Position numbers and translations under genes: made by a program
Assembly: GCA_964652515.1 (NCBI GenBank)
Contig: CAZZAK010000002.1
Coordinates: 1-34,241 of the forward strand
Source of the DNA: an uncultured Clostridium sp.
Lineage (GTDB): Bacteria; Bacillota_I; Bacilli_A; RF39; UBA660
Length of the DNA stretch: 34,241 nucleotides
Reading direction: 5' to 3'
Part shown: positions 34,014 to 34,241 of the stretch, piece after piece
How the letters are laid out: each line of letters begins with the position of its first letter
How positions within the stretch are numbered: position 1 is the first letter of the stretch
The notes under the pieces: model-generated
Database searches by the model: none
What the model was told of the DNA's origin: nothing
What the model saw: the letters and a program-made list of their open reading frames with translations, nothing else

Positions 34014-34241
34014 ATGATGGATGATATATTAAAGAGAATATATGACTATTCATTAGAAGAAATAATGGGAGAAAGATTTGGTAAATATTCTAAGTATATT
34101 ATTCAAGATAGGGCTATTCCTGATGTTAGAGATGGATTAAAACCTGTTCAAAGAAGAATATTATATTCTATGTATAAAGAAAAAAACACATACGATAAAC
34201 CATATAAGAAAAGTGCTAGAGCAGTCGGTGACGTTATGGGT
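34014..34241 (+). CDS. parC: Topoisomerase IV subunit A, N-terminal 76 codons (3' end outside the window)
   Basis: Not in the ORF track because it has no stop. GAGGTGG RBS. '[40 protein letters not shown]' is the ParC/GrlA-type N-terminus (RFGxYSKYIIQ, PVQRR) rather than the GyrA type (SYLDYAMSVI, PVHRR). Confidence 0.8.
   Translation, partial: MMDDILKRIYDYSLEEIMGERFGKYSKYIIQDRAIPDVRDGLKPVQRRILYSMYKEKNTYDKPYKKSARAVGDVMG

Noticed and set aside
1-34241. Alternative genetic code (UGA = Trp), given the Mollicutes-like AT-richness.
   Set aside because: Trp is encoded by TGG in conserved positions, for example the MBOAT 'WHGANW'. TGA terminates well-defined genes at family-appropriate lengths (4788-4790, 18159-18161).
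1-34241. Search for CRISPR arrays, tRNA/rRNA genes, IS elements, integrases, phage genes, riboswitch or T-box leaders.
   Set aside because: There are no direct-repeat/spacer periodicity, no cloverleaf-capable GC-rich segments, and no transposase/integrase-like ORFs or terminal inverted repeats. All intergenic regions are too short (about 125 nt or less apart from the 5835-6076 pseudo-gap) to hold a riboswitch or T-box.

Overview
Very AT-rich chromosomal segment from a low-GC Gram-positive bacterium (Bacillota; DnaD, GatCAB and a ParC-type N-terminus point that way). It uses the standard genetic code: TGA serves as a stop and TGG encodes Trp. I found no rRNA, tRNA, CRISPR or mobile element. 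Layout: (1) 1-8964 (+), a tightly coupled Wzx/Wzy-type cell-surface polysaccharide operon: CapD/PglF-like dehydratase, DegT aminotransferase, small PglC-like priming transferase, two GT2 enzymes, a TagF-like glycerophosphotransferase, a Wzy-like polymerase and a Wzx flippase. (2) 8996-12622 (-), an AlgI-type MBOAT followed by two tandem paralogous DltD/SGNH-like partner genes. (3) 12747-20858 (+), a DUF3048 protein, then a tightly packed alanine-racemase-family / Asl-like ATP-grasp / AsnB / MurE operon plus one unknown membrane protein. (4) Housekeeping and miscellaneous genes: DUF378, a LolA-fold lipoprotein, a beta-lactamase-fold hydrolase, gatCAB, dnaD-nth, ferredoxin and the start of parC. 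(5) 27375-31524 (+), a lineage-specific module between gatB and dnaD. It encodes a membrane-anchored protein with 12 paired-cysteine hairpin modules and a Trp-ladder motif, a bitopic protein with three cytoplasmic repeats, and a small membrane protein. The most notable observations are three. The TagF-like gene is broken by a one-base frame change, and its displaced C-terminus runs in frame, with no stop or start codon, into the Wzy-like polymerase. The racemase/ATP-grasp/AsnB/MurE operon is a candidate cell-wall side-chain tailoring pathway. The cysteine-hairpin surface-protein module has no family I can name. All functional calls rest on motifs recognised by eye; no database search was run.
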